Positions 1-11,042 of a stretch of 64,000 nucleotides of DNA are shown here, piece by piece (the first letter of the stretch is position 1; every line of letters starts with the position of its first letter). The stretch is from Alphaproteobacteria bacterium (lineage in GTDB: Bacteria > Pseudomonadota > Alphaproteobacteria > MPNO01 > UBA830). The DNA lies in contig OZ251539.1 in NCBI GenBank assembly GCA_965243135.1, positions 3,232,001-3,296,000 on the forward strand, given 5' to 3'. Below the pieces are notes generated by a model, which was not told the DNA's origin, searched no databases, and worked only from the letters and a program-made list of their open reading frames with translations. The position numbers and the translations under genes were made by a program.

Positions 1-1360
1 CCTGGTCGGCGATCGAACGGGTGATCGCCTGGCGTATCCACCAGGTGGCGTAAGTGGAGAACTTGTAGCCGCGGCGGTATTCGAACTTGTCGACCGCCTT
101 CATCAGGCCGATGTTGCCTTCCTGGATGAGGTCGAGGAACTGCAGGCCCCGGTTGGTGTACTTCTTGGCGATGGAGATCACGAGGCGCAGATTGGCCTCG
201 ACCATCTCCTTCTTGGCGCGGCTCGATTCCCGCTCGCCCCGCTGGACCTCCCCGACCAGTTGGCGAAACTCGTTGACCGGCATGCCGATCTCGTTCGAAA
301 GCGCCACGATCTGCGCCCGCAAGTCGCGGATCTCGTCCTTGTTGTTCTTGGTGAACGCCTTCCAGTTCTTGTCCGACAGCCTCGACACCTTGTTCAGCCA
401 CCGCGAATTGTTCTCGTCGCCGAGATACCGCTCGAGAAAGTCTTCCCGGCGGATCTTCGATTGCGTCGCCATTCGCAACAGCCGCCCCTCGAGGGCGAGA
501 AGGGTCTTGTTGTAGGTGTAGAGTTCCTGAACCAGCTGCTCGATGCGGAAATTGTTCATCCGCACGCTCTTCACGTGCTTGACGATGTCCTCGGTGTACT
601 GTTCCAGGTTCCTCGCGGAAATCTTGCCGAAGCTGCCCTTGCCGGCGGCGGCGTCCGCGCGGCGTCCGCGCAGCTTGGCCAGCTTGGCGTGCGTCGCCGC
701 GATGTCGTCGAAGGTCTTCAGGCTCCTGGGCCGCAGCCACTCCTCCATGGCCGCCGCCGACATGCTGACCTCTTCGGAGCCGTCCTCCCCGTTGGCCGAC
801 GCCCCGTTCGCCTTGCCCGATCCCGTATACGCCGCTTCCAGATCGACGACTTCGCGCAACAGCATCTCGTCGTTCCGCAGGCCTTCGCGCCAGCTCAACA
901 TCGCCCGGAAGGTGAGCGGGCTCTCGCAGATCGCGCTGATCATCTTTTCCTGACCGGCCTCGATCCGCTTGGCGATCGCGATCTCGCCCTCCCGCGACAG
1001 CAGTTCGACGCCGCCCATTTCCCGGAGATACATGCGGACCGGGTCGTCGGTCCTCCCCAGTTCCTCGGCGTCGTCGTTCGCGGCCGTGACGGCGGCCCGC
1101 GCCGCCTCGCCGCCGGAGTCGTCCGTATCCTCGTTCTCCACGACGTTGATGCCCAGCTCGGACAGCTGGGTCATCGTGTCTTCGATCTGCTCCGAGGACA
1201 CCTTCTCCTGCGGCAACGCCGCATTCAGTTCGTCGTAGGTGACGTATCCGCGTTCCTTGCCGCGTTCGACCAGCTTCAGGATCGACGCGCCGACGGAATC
1301 GATCACCGGCGCGTCGGCCTGCTGCCTGTCTTCCGGTCGCTTCTTGAGCTTCGTCGCCAT
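1..1360 (-). CDS. rpoD: RNA polymerase sigma-70 factor RpoD (5' part; runs off left edge)
   Basis: Manual translation of the minus strand from ATG at 1360: region 1.1 '[17 protein letters not shown]', region 1.2 '[13 protein letters not shown]', region 2 '[29 protein letters not shown]'. Directly downstream of dnaG. Confidence 0.97.
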   Translation of the reverse strand, partial: MATKLKKRPEDRQQADAPVIDSVGASILKLVERGKERGYVTYDELNAALPQEKVSSEQIEDTMTQLSELGINVVENEDTDDSGGEAARAAVTAANDDAEELGRTDDPVRMYLREMGGVELLSREGEIAIAKRIEAGQEKMISAICESPLTFRAMLSWREGLRNDEMLLREVVDLEAAYTGSGKANGASANGEDGSEEVSMSAAAMEEWLRPRSLKTFDDIAATHAKLAKLRGRRADAAAGKGSFGKISARNLEQYTEDIVKHVKSVRMNNFRIEQLVQELYTYNKTLLALEGRLLRMATQSKIRREDFLERYLGDENNSRWLNKVSRLSDKNWKAFTKNNKDEIRDLRAQIVALSNEIGMPVNEFRQLVGEVQRGERESSRAKKEMVEANLRLVISIAKKYTNRGLQFLDLIQEGNIGLMKAVDKFEYRRGYKFSTYATWWIRQAITRSIADQ

Positions 1361-1396
1361 AGGTCTCCCCAAAATCAGCGCCGGACCTCGACCTTC

Positions 1397-3172
1397 TCAG
1401 GCCGCCCGGCCCCCGGTCCGCACATCGGTTTTCAGTCTTTCGAACCGTTCCCAGTTCTCGAAAGTCGGATCGTCGGCGAACCTGTGAAGTCCTTCCTCGA
1501 CCTCCGCCCGGCGCAACGGCTCGAGGCGCCGCCGGAGCGCTTCGCCGAAGCCGTCGCGCACCTCCTGCCAGTCCGTGCCGTCGCGCGCGAAACGCCCGTG
1601 AACGTAAACCTCCCCGCACAGCAGCGTGCCCAGAAGCTCCGCCTTGCCCCGATCATTCAGTTGGGTTCTGAGGGCCTTGGAGTCAAGGTCCGAAGCTGCG
1701 GAGTATATCTCTAGAATTTCCTCGAGGAGCTTGTCAAGCTCCGGATCGGCGATCTCGATCGCGGCGAGATCCTCGGCGTGGTCGTCGAGAAGCGCCGGAT
1801 GATTGAGCGTCGCGGCCAGCAGGAGCTGGTCGTGGCGCTTCCCGAGAACGGACCTGGCGGCGCCGGCCCGCAGCGAGGACGGCGGCGCCATCTCCTGCGC
1901 CCCTCGCCAGCGGAAACCCAGCTCGCGCAGCTTGCTGCGGAACAGCGCGACGTACTGATATTGAACCTTGCGGTCGTCGATCGAGCGCGCCCTGTCCTCC
2001 AACCTTTTCTCGAGGCCGGCCAGGCGTTCGGGCGTGTCGTGGGAGCGCCCCTCGGTCTCCAGCGACCAGATCAACGCGTCGAGCGGCGCGGCCTCTTCGA
2101 GCGCGCGCTCCAGCGCCGCGGCGCCTTGAGACTTGACCAGGCTGTCGGGGTCCTCGCCCGCGGTCAGGGCCGCGAAACGGAGGGACCGCCCCGGCGTGAG
2201 CAACGCCAAGGCCCGTTCCGCCGCCCGCGCCGCGGCGCGGACGCCGGCGGCGTCGCCGTCGAAGCAGAGAACCGGCTCCGCGGCGTAGCGCCACAACGCG
2301 TGAATATGGCTCTCGGTCAGGGCGGTCCCCAGCGGCGCCACGGTTTCCGAAAACCCCGCCTGGGACAACGCGATCACGTCCATGTATCCTTCGACCACGA
2401 CGATGCGCCGCCTCTCCTGCGCCGCCCGGCGCGCCAGCGCGAGGCCGTACAGCGTGCGCCGCTTGTCGAACAACGGCGTGTCGGGCGAGTTCAGGTATTT
2501 GGGCTCCGCGTCGCCCATGGTCCGGCCGCCGAACGCGATGACCCGCCCCTTCCCGTCGGAGATCGGAAAGATCACGCGCTCGCGGAAGAAATCGTAGCTG
2601 CCGCGCCCGTCGTCCGGCCGCCGCAGCAACCCCGCTTCGACGAGCAGCGACTCCGGCATCTCCGGGCCGGCGAGCCGCGACTTCAGGCGGCTTCCCGGCG
2701 GCGCGAAGCCGAGCCGAAAGCGCGCGACCGTCTCCGCCGACAACCCGCGGCGCTCCAGGTATTCGCGCGCCGCGGCGCCCTCCGGAGACCGGAGAACCTC
2801 CTCGTAGAACGCGCACGCGGCCTCCGTCGCGTCCAGCAAGCCCGCCCGGCGCTGTTCCCGCTCGCGTTCCTCCGGCGTCGCGACGGGCACCTGCAGGCCG
2901 GCTTCCGCCGCGAGCTTCTCCACGGCCTCGGGAAAGGACAGCCCCTCGATCCGCATCGCGAACCCGACCGCGTCGCCGTGCGCGCCGCAACCGAAACAGT
3001 GGAAAAAATCCTTCTCGCCGCTGACGGTGAAGGACGGAGTCTTCTCGTTGTGAAAAGGGCACAGGCCGACATGCTCGCGGCCCCGGCGCTGCAGCTTGAC
3101 GTGACGGCCGACCAGATCGGGAAGTCCGATCCGAGCCCGGAGCTCGTCGAGAAATTGCGGCGAAATCGCCAT
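1397..3172 (-). CDS. dnaG: DNA primase
   Basis: CHC2 Zn finger 'CPFHNEKTPSF...CFGC', 'KYLNSPDTPLF', Toprim 'VVEGYMDV' and 'FDGDAAG'. Confidence 0.98.
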   Translation of the reverse strand: MAISPQFLDELRARIGLPDLVGRHVKLQRRGREHVGLCPFHNEKTPSFTVSGEKDFFHCFGCGAHGDAVGFAMRIEGLSFPEAVEKLAAEAGLQVPVATPEEREREQRRAGLLDATEAACAFYEEVLRSPEGAAAREYLERRGLSAETVARFRLGFAPPGSRLKSRLAGPEMPESLLVEAGLLRRPDDGRGSYDFFRERVIFPISDGKGRVIAFGGRTMGDAEPKYLNSPDTPLFDKRRTLYGLALARRAAQERRRIVVVEGYMDVIALSQAGFSETVAPLGTALTESHIHALWRYAAEPVLCFDGDAAGVRAAARAAERALALLTPGRSLRFAALTAGEDPDSLVKSQGAAALERALEEAAPLDALIWSLETEGRSHDTPERLAGLEKRLEDRARSIDDRKVQYQYVALFRSKLRELGFRWRGAQEMAPPSSLRAGAARSVLGKRHDQLLLAATLNHPALLDDHAEDLAAIEIADPELDKLLEEILEIYSAASDLDSKALRTQLNDRGKAELLGTLLCGEVYVHGRFARDGTDWQEVRDGFGEALRRRLEPLRRAEVEEGLHRFADDPTFENWERFERLKTDVRTGGRAA

Positions 3173-3232
3173 GCCCGCCCTTCGCGTAGCCGGCCCGAAC
3201 TCGCGCCGCGCCGTATGCCGTGCCGTATTCTA

Positions 3233-3691
3233 TCAGGACGTGAGCCGCGTCTTCAACGCGGCGGCCGCCTTCCCGAAATCCATGCGTCCCGCGTAACGTC
3301 GGCGCAGCAGGCCCATCGCCTTGCCCATGTCCTTGACCGATTCGGCGCCGGTCTCGGAAATCGCGGCGGCGATCGCCTCGGCAATTTCTTCCTCGCCGAG
3401 CTGGCGCGGCATGAACTGCTCGATGACGGCGATCTCGCGCTCTTCCCTGTCCGCGAGCTCGTCGCGGCCGCCCTTGCGATAGAGCGCGATGGATTCGTTG
3501 CGCTGGCGCACCATGGTCTGCAGGACGTTCAGAATCTCGGTCTCGCTGATGCCTTCGTCCTCGCCCTTGGAACGCGCGCCGATGTCGCGATCCTTGACGG
3601 CCGCCAGAATCAACCGCAACGTGGACACGGCGATCTGGTCCTTTTCCTTCATGGCCGACTTGAGAGCTTCGCTTAGCCGGTTCCTGAGCAT
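3233..3691 (-). CDS. GatB/YqeY domain protein
   Basis: 'LKSAMKEKD...LRLILAAVKD...QRNESIALY...GR.ELA..E..EI.VIE.FMP.QL' pattern; usual position between carA and dnaG. Confidence 0.93.
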   Translation of the reverse strand: MLRNRLSEALKSAMKEKDQIAVSTLRLILAAVKDRDIGARSKGEDEGISETEILNVLQTMVRQRNESIALYRKGGRDELADREEREIAVIEQFMPRQLGEEEIAEAIAAAISETGAESVKDMGKAMGLLRRRYAGRMDFGKAAAALKTRLTS

Positions 3692-3838
3692 TCGTTCCGT
3701 CCTGACCGTTCGAAGGCGCGGAAAGCTAGCTTAATCGGGATACCGGCGCAAACCGTCGGCGGGCGCGATAATCTTTTGAAATTGAAGCGTTTACGTCGCC
3801 GCGGTTGACGCCCGCCGGACAATCGCCTATGAAGCGGC

Positions 3839-5038
3839 ATGATCTCCGCCTCGCCCCTCGATGGCAATGACCCCGCGCCGCCCCCCTGTTCGCGCTCCCC
3901 GGAGGGAGCGACGGCCGCGCTGGTTCTGGCGGGCGGGGACGTCATATGGGGCAAGGGGCTCGGCGCCGCCGGATCGACGGTCGGCGAAGTCTGCTTCAAT
4001 ACGTCGATGACGGGATATCAGGAAATCCTGACGGATCCGTCCTACGCCGGCCAGATCGTCACCTTCACCTTTCCCCATGTCGGCAACGTGGGCGTCAACC
4101 CGGAAGACGTCGAGACGACGGCGCCGGCGGCCCGCGGCCTCGTCCTCAGAGCCGACGTCACGCCGCCGTCGAACTGGCGGGCGACGGGGCATTTGAACGA
4201 CTGGCTGGCTTCGAGAAACCTGATCGGCCTCGCCGGCGCCGACACCCGCCGGCTGACCAGGGCGATCCGCGACTCCGGCGCGCCGACGGGGGCGCTCTGC
4301 CATTCGCCGAACGGCGAATTCGACATCGACGCGCTGCGCGAGGCCGCGACCGGGTGGCCGGGCCTGGAAGGAATGGATCTCGCGCGCGAAGTGACCTGCC
4401 TCCAGACCTACGAATGGGACGAGAGCCTGTGGACGCCGCGCGAGGGCTACGGCAGGCAGGCCGCCCCCCGGCACCACGTCGTCGCCGTCGATTACGGAGC
4501 CAAGCGCAACATCCTGCGCTCGCTGGCCTCGGCCGGCTGCAGGATCACCGTGGTGCCGGCGACCGCCAGCGCCGAAGACGTGCTGCGCCGCCGGCCCGAC
4601 GGCGTCTTTCTTTCGAACGGTCCCGGCGATCCGGCGGCGACCGGCGCCTACGCGGTGCCGGCGATCCGGCAGATCCTCCGGTTCGGCATTCCGGTATTCG
4701 GGATCTGCCTCGGCCATCAACTGCTTTCGCTCGCTCTCGGCGCGACGACGGAGAAGATGCGTCGCGGCCATCGCGGCGCCAACCATCCCGTGAAGGAGCT
4801 CGATACCGGAAGGGTGGAAATCACCAGCCAGAACCATGGCTTCGTCGTCCGCCGGGACTCCCTGCCGGACAATCTGGAGCCGACCCACGTCTCGCTGTTC
4901 GACGGCTCCCTCGAAGGCTTCAGAGCGAAGGACGCGCCGATACTGTCCATCCAGTACCACCCCGAAGCGTCGCCCGGTCCCCGGGACAGCCACCATCTGT
5001 TCGAGCGTTTCGTCGGAATGATCGCGGAGCATGCCTAG
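3839..5038 (+). CDS. carA: Carbamoyl-phosphate synthase small subunit
   Basis: '[21 protein letters not shown]', GATase motifs 'FGICLGHQ' and '[10 protein letters not shown]'. Confidence 0.98.
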   Translation: MISASPLDGNDPAPPPCSRSPEGATAALVLAGGDVIWGKGLGAAGSTVGEVCFNTSMTGYQEILTDPSYAGQIVTFTFPHVGNVGVNPEDVETTAPAARGLVLRADVTPPSNWRATGHLNDWLASRNLIGLAGADTRRLTRAIRDSGAPTGALCHSPNGEFDIDALREAATGWPGLEGMDLAREVTCLQTYEWDESLWTPREGYGRQAAPRHHVVAVDYGAKRNILRSLASAGCRITVVPATASAEDVLRRRPDGVFLSNGPGDPAATGAYAVPAIRQILRFGIPVFGICLGHQLLSLALGATTEKMRRGHRGANHPVKELDTGRVEITSQNHGFVVRRDSLPDNLEPTHVSLFDGSLEGFRAKDAPILSIQYHPEASPGPRDSHHLFERFVGMIAEHA

Positions 5039-8000
5039 GCGCTCCGACATTCGGTCCATCCTGACCATCGGCGCCGGGCCGATCGTCATCGGGCAGGCCT
5101 GCGAGTTCGACTATTCGGGCACCCAGGCTTGCCGGGCGCTGAAGGACGAAGGTTACCGGGTCGTCCTGGTGAACTCGAACCCGGCGACCATCATGACCGA
5201 CCCGGAGTTCGCCGACGCGACCTATATCGAGCCGGTCACGCCCGAACTGGTGGCGAGGATAATCGAACGCGAGAGGCCGGACGCGCTGCTTCCCACCATG
5301 GGCGGCCAGACCGGGCTCAACACGGCGCTCTCGCTGGCCCGGATGGGCGTTCTCGAACGGTTCGGCGTCGAGATGATCGGAGCCCGCCGCGAAGCCATCG
5401 ACAAGGCGGAGGACCGGGAGCTGTTCCGGGAGGCGATGAGCCGGATCGGCCTCGAATCGCCGCGCGGACGCCTCGCGCACTCGATCGAGGAGGCGCGCGC
5501 GGCGCTGGAGGAAACCGGCCTCCCCGCCATCGTCCGGCCCAGCTTCACGCTCGGAGGCACCGGCGGCGGGGTCGCCTACAACAGGAGCGAGTTCGACGAG
5601 ATCGCGAATCGCGGACTCGACGCGTCGCCCACCAGCGAAGTGCTGGTCGAAGAATCCATCATCGGGTGGAAGGAATACGAACTCGAGGTCGTGCGCGACC
5701 GGGCCGACAACTGCATCGTCGTTTGTTCGATCGAGAACGTCGATCCGATGGGCGTGCACACCGGCGACTCCATCACGGTGGCTCCCGCCCTGACGCTGAC
5801 GGACAAGGAATTCCAGATCATGCGCGACGCGGCGATCGCGGTGTTGCGCGAAATCGGCGTCGATACCGGCGGCTCCAACGTCCAGTTCGCCGTCAATCCG
5901 GCCGACGGCAAGCTGGTCGTCATCGAGATGAATCCGCGCGTTTCGCGGTCGTCGGCGCTCGCGTCGAAGGCGACCGGGTTTCCGATCGCCAAGATCGCCG
6001 CCAAGCTGGCGGTCGGCTACACGCTCGACGAGCTCGACAACGACATCACCGGCGTGACGCCCGCCTCCTTCGAACCGACCATCGATTACGTGGTGACCAA
6101 GGCGCCGCGGTTCACGTTCGAAAAATTTCCCGGCACCGAGCCCGTTCTCAACACCCAGATGAAATCCGTCGGCGAGGCGATGTCGATCGGACGCACGTTC
6201 CAGGAATCGCTGCAGAAGGCGCTGCGCTCCATGGAAACCGGCCTGACCGGCCTGAACGAGACGGACATCGACGGCTGCGACGCGGAAACCGGCGAGGTGG
6301 ACGAAAGCGCGGTTCTCGCGGCCTGCGGCGTCCCGCATGCCGACCGCGTCCTGCGGGTCGCCCAGGCCCTGCGCCTCGGACTCTCGATCGACGCCGTTCA
6401 CGGAGCGAGCGGCTTCGATCCCTGGTTCCTGGCCCAGCTGCAGGACATCGTCCGGGCGGAAGAGGCCGTCAGGCGCGAGGGGCTTCCCGACGATCGCGGC
6501 GGACTGCACCGGCTCAAGTCGATGGGCTTCTCGGACGAGCGCCTCGCCGAGCTCGCCGGGCGCGCGGCCCGCGACGTGGCGGCGAGCCGCGCCGCGCTCG
6601 GCGTGCGTCCCGTGTACAAGCGCATCGACACCTGCGCCGCGGAGTTCGCGTCGCAGACTCCCTACATGTATTCGACTTACGAAAGCGGCGGTCCGGAGGG
6701 CTGCGAAGCCGACCCCAGCGATCGGCGCAAGGTGCTGATCCTCGGCGGCGGCCCCAACCGCATCGGGCAGGGAATCGAGTTCGACTATTGCTGCGTGCAC
6801 GCGGTATTCGGGCTGGCCGAAGCCGGGATCGAATCGGTGATGGTCAACTGCAATCCCGAGACGGTGTCGACCGACTACGACACGTCGGACCGGCTGTATT
6901 TCGAGCCGTTGACGGCGGAGGACGTGATCGAGATCGTCCGGAAGGAGGAGAAGAACGGCGAAGTCCTCGGGGTGATCCTGCAGTTCGGCGGGCAGACGCC
7001 GCTCAAGCTGGCGGCGGCGCTGCAGGACGCGGGCGTCCCGATACTCGGGACGCCGCCGGACGCGATCGACCTCGCCGAGGACCGGGAGCGCTTTCAGGCG
7101 CTGCTCCGGAAGCTGGATCTGCGGCAGCCCGCCAACGGAACCGCCCGAAACGGAGAGGAAGCCGTCCGCGTCGCCCGAGGCATCGGATATCCCGTGGTCC
7201 TCCGGCCGTCCTACGTTCTCGGCGGGCGGGCGATGGAGATCGTCCACGACGAGGCGGGCCTCAAGCGCTACATCGAGAACGCGGTCCGGGTCTCGGGAGA
7301 GACGCCGGTCCTCGTGGATTCCTATCTGCGGGACGCGATCGAAGTGGACGTGGACGCCGTTCGCGACCTGTCCGACGACGTCCATGTCGCCGGCATCATG
7401 GAGCACATCGAAGAGGCGGGCATCCATTCGGGCGATTCCGCCTGCTCGTTGCCGCCGCACTCGTTGTCGAAGCCGGTCGTCGACGAACTGCGGCGGCAGA
7501 CCGCCGCGCTCGCGCGCGAGCTCGGGGTGATCGGCCTGATGAACGTCCAGTACGCGATCAAGGACGACGAGGTTTACGTCCTCGAAGTCAATCCGCGGGC
7601 CAGCCGCACGGTCCCGTTCGTCGCGAAGGCGACCGGCCTGCCGGTCGCGAAGATCGCGGCGCGGGCGATGGTGGGCGAAAGGCTGCGCGACCTGATCGCT
7701 CCCGACAGGCCCGCCCTCGACCATATCGCGGTCAAGGAAGCCGTGTTTCCGTTCGCGCGCTTTCCGAACGTCGACATCATCCTCGGGCCCGAAATGAAGT
7801 CGACGGGCGAGGCGATGGGCATCGATTCGGATTTCGGGCGGGCCTTCGCCAAGTCGCAGCTCGGCAGCGGCGTTTCGGTTCCCCGCGAGGGAACGGTCTT
7901 CATCTCCGTCCGCGACAGGGACAAGGCGTCGATGGTCGAGCCGGGACGGCGCCTTCGGGAAATGGGCTTCGATCTGGTCGCGACCACGGGCACCGCCGAG

Positions 8001-8285
8001 ACGCTCAACGAAGCGGGCGTCGAGACGCGCGCGGTGAAGAAGGTGCACGAAGGGCGTCCGCACATCGTCGACGCGATGATCAGCGGAGACGTGCAACTGG
8101 TGTTCAACACGACCGAAGGCGCGAAGGCGATCGCGGATTCGTACGCCCTTCGGCGAACCGCGCTGCTCGGAAGAATTCCCTACTACACGACCGTCGCGGG
8201 CGCGAAGGCGGCGATCGAGGCGATCGCGGCGACGCGCGCCGGCGCGCTTGATGTCGCGCCGCTGCAGTCGTATTTTAGGCGCTAA
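5031..8285 (+). CDS. carB: Carbamoyl-phosphate synthase large subunit
   Basis: 1084 aa; '[17 protein letters not shown]', duplicated ATP-grasp '[18 protein letters not shown]', MGS C-terminus. Confidence 0.99.
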   Translation: MPRRSDIRSILTIGAGPIVIGQACEFDYSGTQACRALKDEGYRVVLVNSNPATIMTDPEFADATYIEPVTPELVARIIERERPDALLPTMGGQTGLNTALSLARMGVLERFGVEMIGARREAIDKAEDRELFREAMSRIGLESPRGRLAHSIEEARAALEETGLPAIVRPSFTLGGTGGGVAYNRSEFDEIANRGLDASPTSEVLVEESIIGWKEYELEVVRDRADNCIVVCSIENVDPMGVHTGDSITVAPALTLTDKEFQIMRDAAIAVLREIGVDTGGSNVQFAVNPADGKLVVIEMNPRVSRSSALASKATGFPIAKIAAKLAVGYTLDELDNDITGVTPASFEPTIDYVVTKAPRFTFEKFPGTEPVLNTQMKSVGEAMSIGRTFQESLQKALRSMETGLTGLNETDIDGCDAETGEVDESAVLAACGVPHADRVLRVAQALRLGLSIDAVHGASGFDPWFLAQLQDIVRAEEAVRREGLPDDRGGLHRLKSMGFSDERLAELAGRAARDVAASRAALGVRPVYKRIDTCAAEFASQTPYMYSTYESGGPEGCEADPSDRRKVLILGGGPNRIGQGIEFDYCCVHAVFGLAEAGIESVMVNCNPETVSTDYDTSDRLYFEPLTAEDVIEIVRKEEKNGEVLGVILQFGGQTPLKLAAALQDAGVPILGTPPDAIDLAEDRERFQALLRKLDLRQPANGTARNGEEAVRVARGIGYPVVLRPSYVLGGRAMEIVHDEAGLKRYIENAVRVSGETPVLVDSYLRDAIEVDVDAVRDLSDDVHVAGIMEHIEEAGIHSGDSACSLPPHSLSKPVVDELRRQTAALARELGVIGLMNVQYAIKDDEVYVLEVNPRASRTVPFVAKATGLPVAKIAARAMVGERLRDLIAPDRPALDHIAVKEAVFPFARFPNVDIILGPEMKSTGEAMGIDSDFGRAFAKSQLGSGVSVPREGTVFISVRDRDKASMVEPGRRLREMGFDLVATTGTAETLNEAGVETRAVKKVHEGRPHIVDAMISGDVQLVFNTTEGAKAIADSYALRRTALLGRIPYYTTVAGAKAAIEAIAATRAGALDVAPLQSYFRR

Positions 8286-8367
8286 TTCAATCGACAACCG
8301 GAACCGTGCGCCGCCGGGCCGCAACAGGGCCCCGCTGCGGGCGGATTTTTCGTGCGAAGGGCAGATC

Positions 8368-8841
8368 ATGGACAGAGCGCCGATGACCGCGGAAGGCTAC
8401 AACAAGCTGGAGACGGAGCTGAAGCGGCTGAAATCCGAGGAGCGGCCGGCGATCATCAAGGCCATCGCCGCCGCGCGCGAACACGGCGACCTCTCGGAGA
8501 ACGCGGAGTATCACGCGGCGCGGGAACGCCAGGCGTTCGTGGAGGGCCGGGTCGAGACGATCGAGGATCTGCTGAGCCGGGCCGAAGTCATCGACATCGC
8601 GGCGATCAAGGGCAAGGTCATCAAGTTCGGCGCGACGGTTCGCGTCGCGGACGACGACACGGACCGCGAAAGCACCTACCAGATCGTCGGCGAGCACGAA
8701 GCCGACATCAAGTCGGGACGGCTTTCGATCACCTCGCCGATGGCGCGCGCGATGATCGGCAAGACCGTGGGAGACTCCGTCGAGGTGACGACTCCGGGCG
8801 GAGTCAGGTCGTACGAGGTGGTCTCGGTCCGCTACGCGTAG
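8368..8841 (+). CDS. greA: Transcription elongation factor GreA
   Basis: '[18 protein letters not shown]', '[10 protein letters not shown]'; start taken at MDRAPMT (8368). Confidence 0.97.
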   Translation: MDRAPMTAEGYNKLETELKRLKSEERPAIIKAIAAAREHGDLSENAEYHAARERQAFVEGRVETIEDLLSRAEVIDIAAIKGKVIKFGATVRVADDDTDRESTYQIVGEHEADIKSGRLSITSPMARAMIGKTVGDSVEVTTPGGVRSYEVVSVRYA

Positions 8842-8884
8842 GGCGCGGTCGAGCGCGGCCGACCGCCTGGAGGAGAAAGACGGC

Positions 8885-9832
8885 ATGGCGGAAGAACGCC
8901 GCACCAGAATCCTGATCATCGGCTCCGGCCCGGCCGGGTACACGGCCGCGATCTACGCGGCGCGCGCCTCGCTGTCGCCGGTCCTCGTCACCGGCATCGA
9001 AGTCGGCGGCCAGATGAGCATCACCACCGACGTGGAGAACTTTCCGGGCTTCGCCGACGTGATCCAGGGGCCGTGGCTGATGGACCAGATGCGCGACCAG
9101 GCGCGGCACGTCGGCACCGAGATGATCAACGACCTCGTCGTCGACGCCGACTTTTCGGAACGTCCCTTCCGTTGCACGGGCGATTCGGGCGGAACCTACG
9201 TCGCCGACTCCGTGGTGATCTCCACCGGCGCGCAGGCGCGGTGGCTCGGCCTCGAAAGCGAGGAGAAGTTCAAGGGGTTCGGGGTTTCCGCCTGCGCCAC
9301 CTGCGACGGTTTCTTCTTCCGGGAAAAGGAAGTCGCCGTGGTCGGCGGCGGCAACACGGCGGTCGAGGAGGCGCTCTATCTCACCAACCACGCGGTCAAG
9401 GTCACGCTGGTCCACCGCCGCGACCGGCTGCGGGCCGAGAAGATCCTTCAGAACCGGCTTTTCGCCAACGACAGGATCGAGGTGCAGTGGAACTCGGTGG
9501 TGGACGAGGTTCTGGGGACGGATTCTCCCCCGGGCGTCACCGGGGTCAGGCTGCGCGACGTCGAAACGGACGCGGTCCGGGACCTGGAGGCCGACGGGCT
9601 GTTCGTCGCGATCGGCCACGACCCGGCGACGAGCCTGTTCCGCGGCAAGGTCGACATGGACGACGACGGATACATCGTCACGGAGCCCGATTCGACGCGA
9701 ACGAGCGTCGCGGGCGTGTTCGCGGCGGGCGACGTGCAGGACAAGATCTACCGGCAGGCCGTCACCGCCGCCGGAACGGGCTGCATGGCCGCCCTCGAAG
9801 CGGAGAAGTTTCTCGCCGAGGAAGCCGGCTGA
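8885..9832 (+). CDS. trxB: Thioredoxin-disulfide reductase
   Basis: 'IIGSGPAGYTAAIYAAR', redox motif 'CATCDG', 'GGGNTAVEEA'; RBS GGAGGAG upstream. Confidence 0.98.
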   Translation: MAEERRTRILIIGSGPAGYTAAIYAARASLSPVLVTGIEVGGQMSITTDVENFPGFADVIQGPWLMDQMRDQARHVGTEMINDLVVDADFSERPFRCTGDSGGTYVADSVVISTGAQARWLGLESEEKFKGFGVSACATCDGFFFREKEVAVVGGGNTAVEEALYLTNHAVKVTLVHRRDRLRAEKILQNRLFANDRIEVQWNSVVDEVLGTDSPPGVTGVRLRDVETDAVRDLEADGLFVAIGHDPATSLFRGKVDMDDDGYIVTEPDSTRTSVAGVFAAGDVQDKIYRQAVTAAGTGCMAALEAEKFLAEEAG

Positions 9833-9869
9833 CGCCCCGCGCAACCCGTTCCCGCCGCCGGCAGCCGGC

Positions 9870-10835
9870 CTACATGAACAGCTTTTCGCCCTTCATGTCC
9901 TTGTAGAGGTGCGCCACCTCCTCGGCGTAGCCGTTGTAGAGGAGGGTCGGCACGCGCTTGTCGGCGCCGAGCAGCCGTTCGGTCGCCTGGCTCCAGCGCG
10001 GATGCGGCACCTCCGGGTTCACGTTGGCCCAGAAGCCGTACTCGTTGCCCTGAATTTGTTCCCAGAAGCTTTTCGGCCGCTTGTCGGTGAAGGTGAAGCG
10101 CACGATCGACTTGATCTGCTTGAACCCGTACTTCCACGGCGCGATCAGCCTGAGCGGCGCGCCGTTCTGCTTGGGCATCGGCTTGCCGTAGGCGCCCGTG
10201 CCGATTATCGCGAGCGGGTTGACCGCCTCTTCGAGCGTCACGCCTTCGAGATAAGGCCACGGATACCAGACCTGACGCTGCCCGGGCGCGATCGACTTGT
10301 CGCTGAAGGTTTCCATCACGACGTATCTGGCGCCCGAAAGCGGCTGCGCGAAGTCGACGAGATCCTTCATCGGAAAGCCGGTCCAGGGCACCGCCATCGC
10401 CCACGCCTCGACGCAGCGGTGGCGGTACAGCCGCTCCTCCAGCGCCATGCCGCGCAGAAGCGCGTCGACGTCGACCGTCTTTTCCTTTTCGACCATCCCG
10501 TCGAAGGTGACGGTCCAGGGGCGGATCTTGAGTTTCTGGGCGGCGCGCCAGATGTTCTTGTGCGAGCCGAACTCGTAGAAGTTGTTGTAGGTCGTCGCAA
10601 TTTTTTCGGGGGTGACATCCCGGTCGAGCTCGTATTTCCCGTTGCGATTCGCCGGATAAAGATCCGACGACGGGTCGGCGGCGGCCGACGCCAGCCGGGA
10701 AAATCCGAGCAGCGGGCCGGCGAGGATCGTCCCGGCGGCAATGGACTTGCACAGCTCGCGGCGGTTGAAGAAAGCGGCTTCGGGCGTCGCGGCCGATTCC
10801 GGAAGCTCCCAGCGCGGCTTGGATCGAGTGAGCAT
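9870..10835 (-). CDS. msrP: Periplasmic protein-methionine-sulfoxide reductase catalytic subunit MsrP (YedY, Mo cofactor)
   Basis: Tat-like 'FNRRELCK', 'YNNFYEFG', 'RHRCVEAW', 'PWKYGFK', 'EYGFWANVNP'; start at MLTRSK (10835). Confidence 0.95.
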   Translation of the reverse strand: MLTRSKPRWELPESAATPEAAFFNRRELCKSIAAGTILAGPLLGFSRLASAAADPSSDLYPANRNGKYELDRDVTPEKIATTYNNFYEFGSHKNIWRAAQKLKIRPWTVTFDGMVEKEKTVDVDALLRGMALEERLYRHRCVEAWAMAVPWTGFPMKDLVDFAQPLSGARYVVMETFSDKSIAPGQRQVWYPWPYLEGVTLEEAVNPLAIIGTGAYGKPMPKQNGAPLRLIAPWKYGFKQIKSIVRFTFTDKRPKSFWEQIQGNEYGFWANVNPEVPHPRWSQATERLLGADKRVPTLLYNGYAEEVAHLYKDMKGEKLFM

Positions 10836-11042
10836 GGCATGTTCTCCTGCATCGGTTGCCGAACAACATAGAGCCCGCGCCGGGAAGGGCAAATCACATT
10901 TTCGTCAACTGCCCCCAGTTGAACTTCCGGAAGCAAGCGTCGACCGGCTCACGCGTGCTTCCGCAGGAAGCGCAATGCCTAGCTGTCGGCCCCGCCGGCC
11001 GACGCGCCGATCAGCGTTGACGAGAATCTCCCATGGCGTGCT

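Noticed and set aside
260-9844. Long antisense or alternate-frame ORFs (e.g. 260..1714 +, 4920..8369 -, 5129..8251 +) and similar ones across the window
   Set aside because: Shadow ORFs of high-GC genes: Arg/Gly/Pro-rich or mirror-codon translations overlapping well-supported genes.
10929-10962. Hairpin upstream of msrP (GGAAGCAAGCGT...ACGCGTGCTTCC)
   Set aside because: No U-tract and only one copy seen; function cannot be supported.
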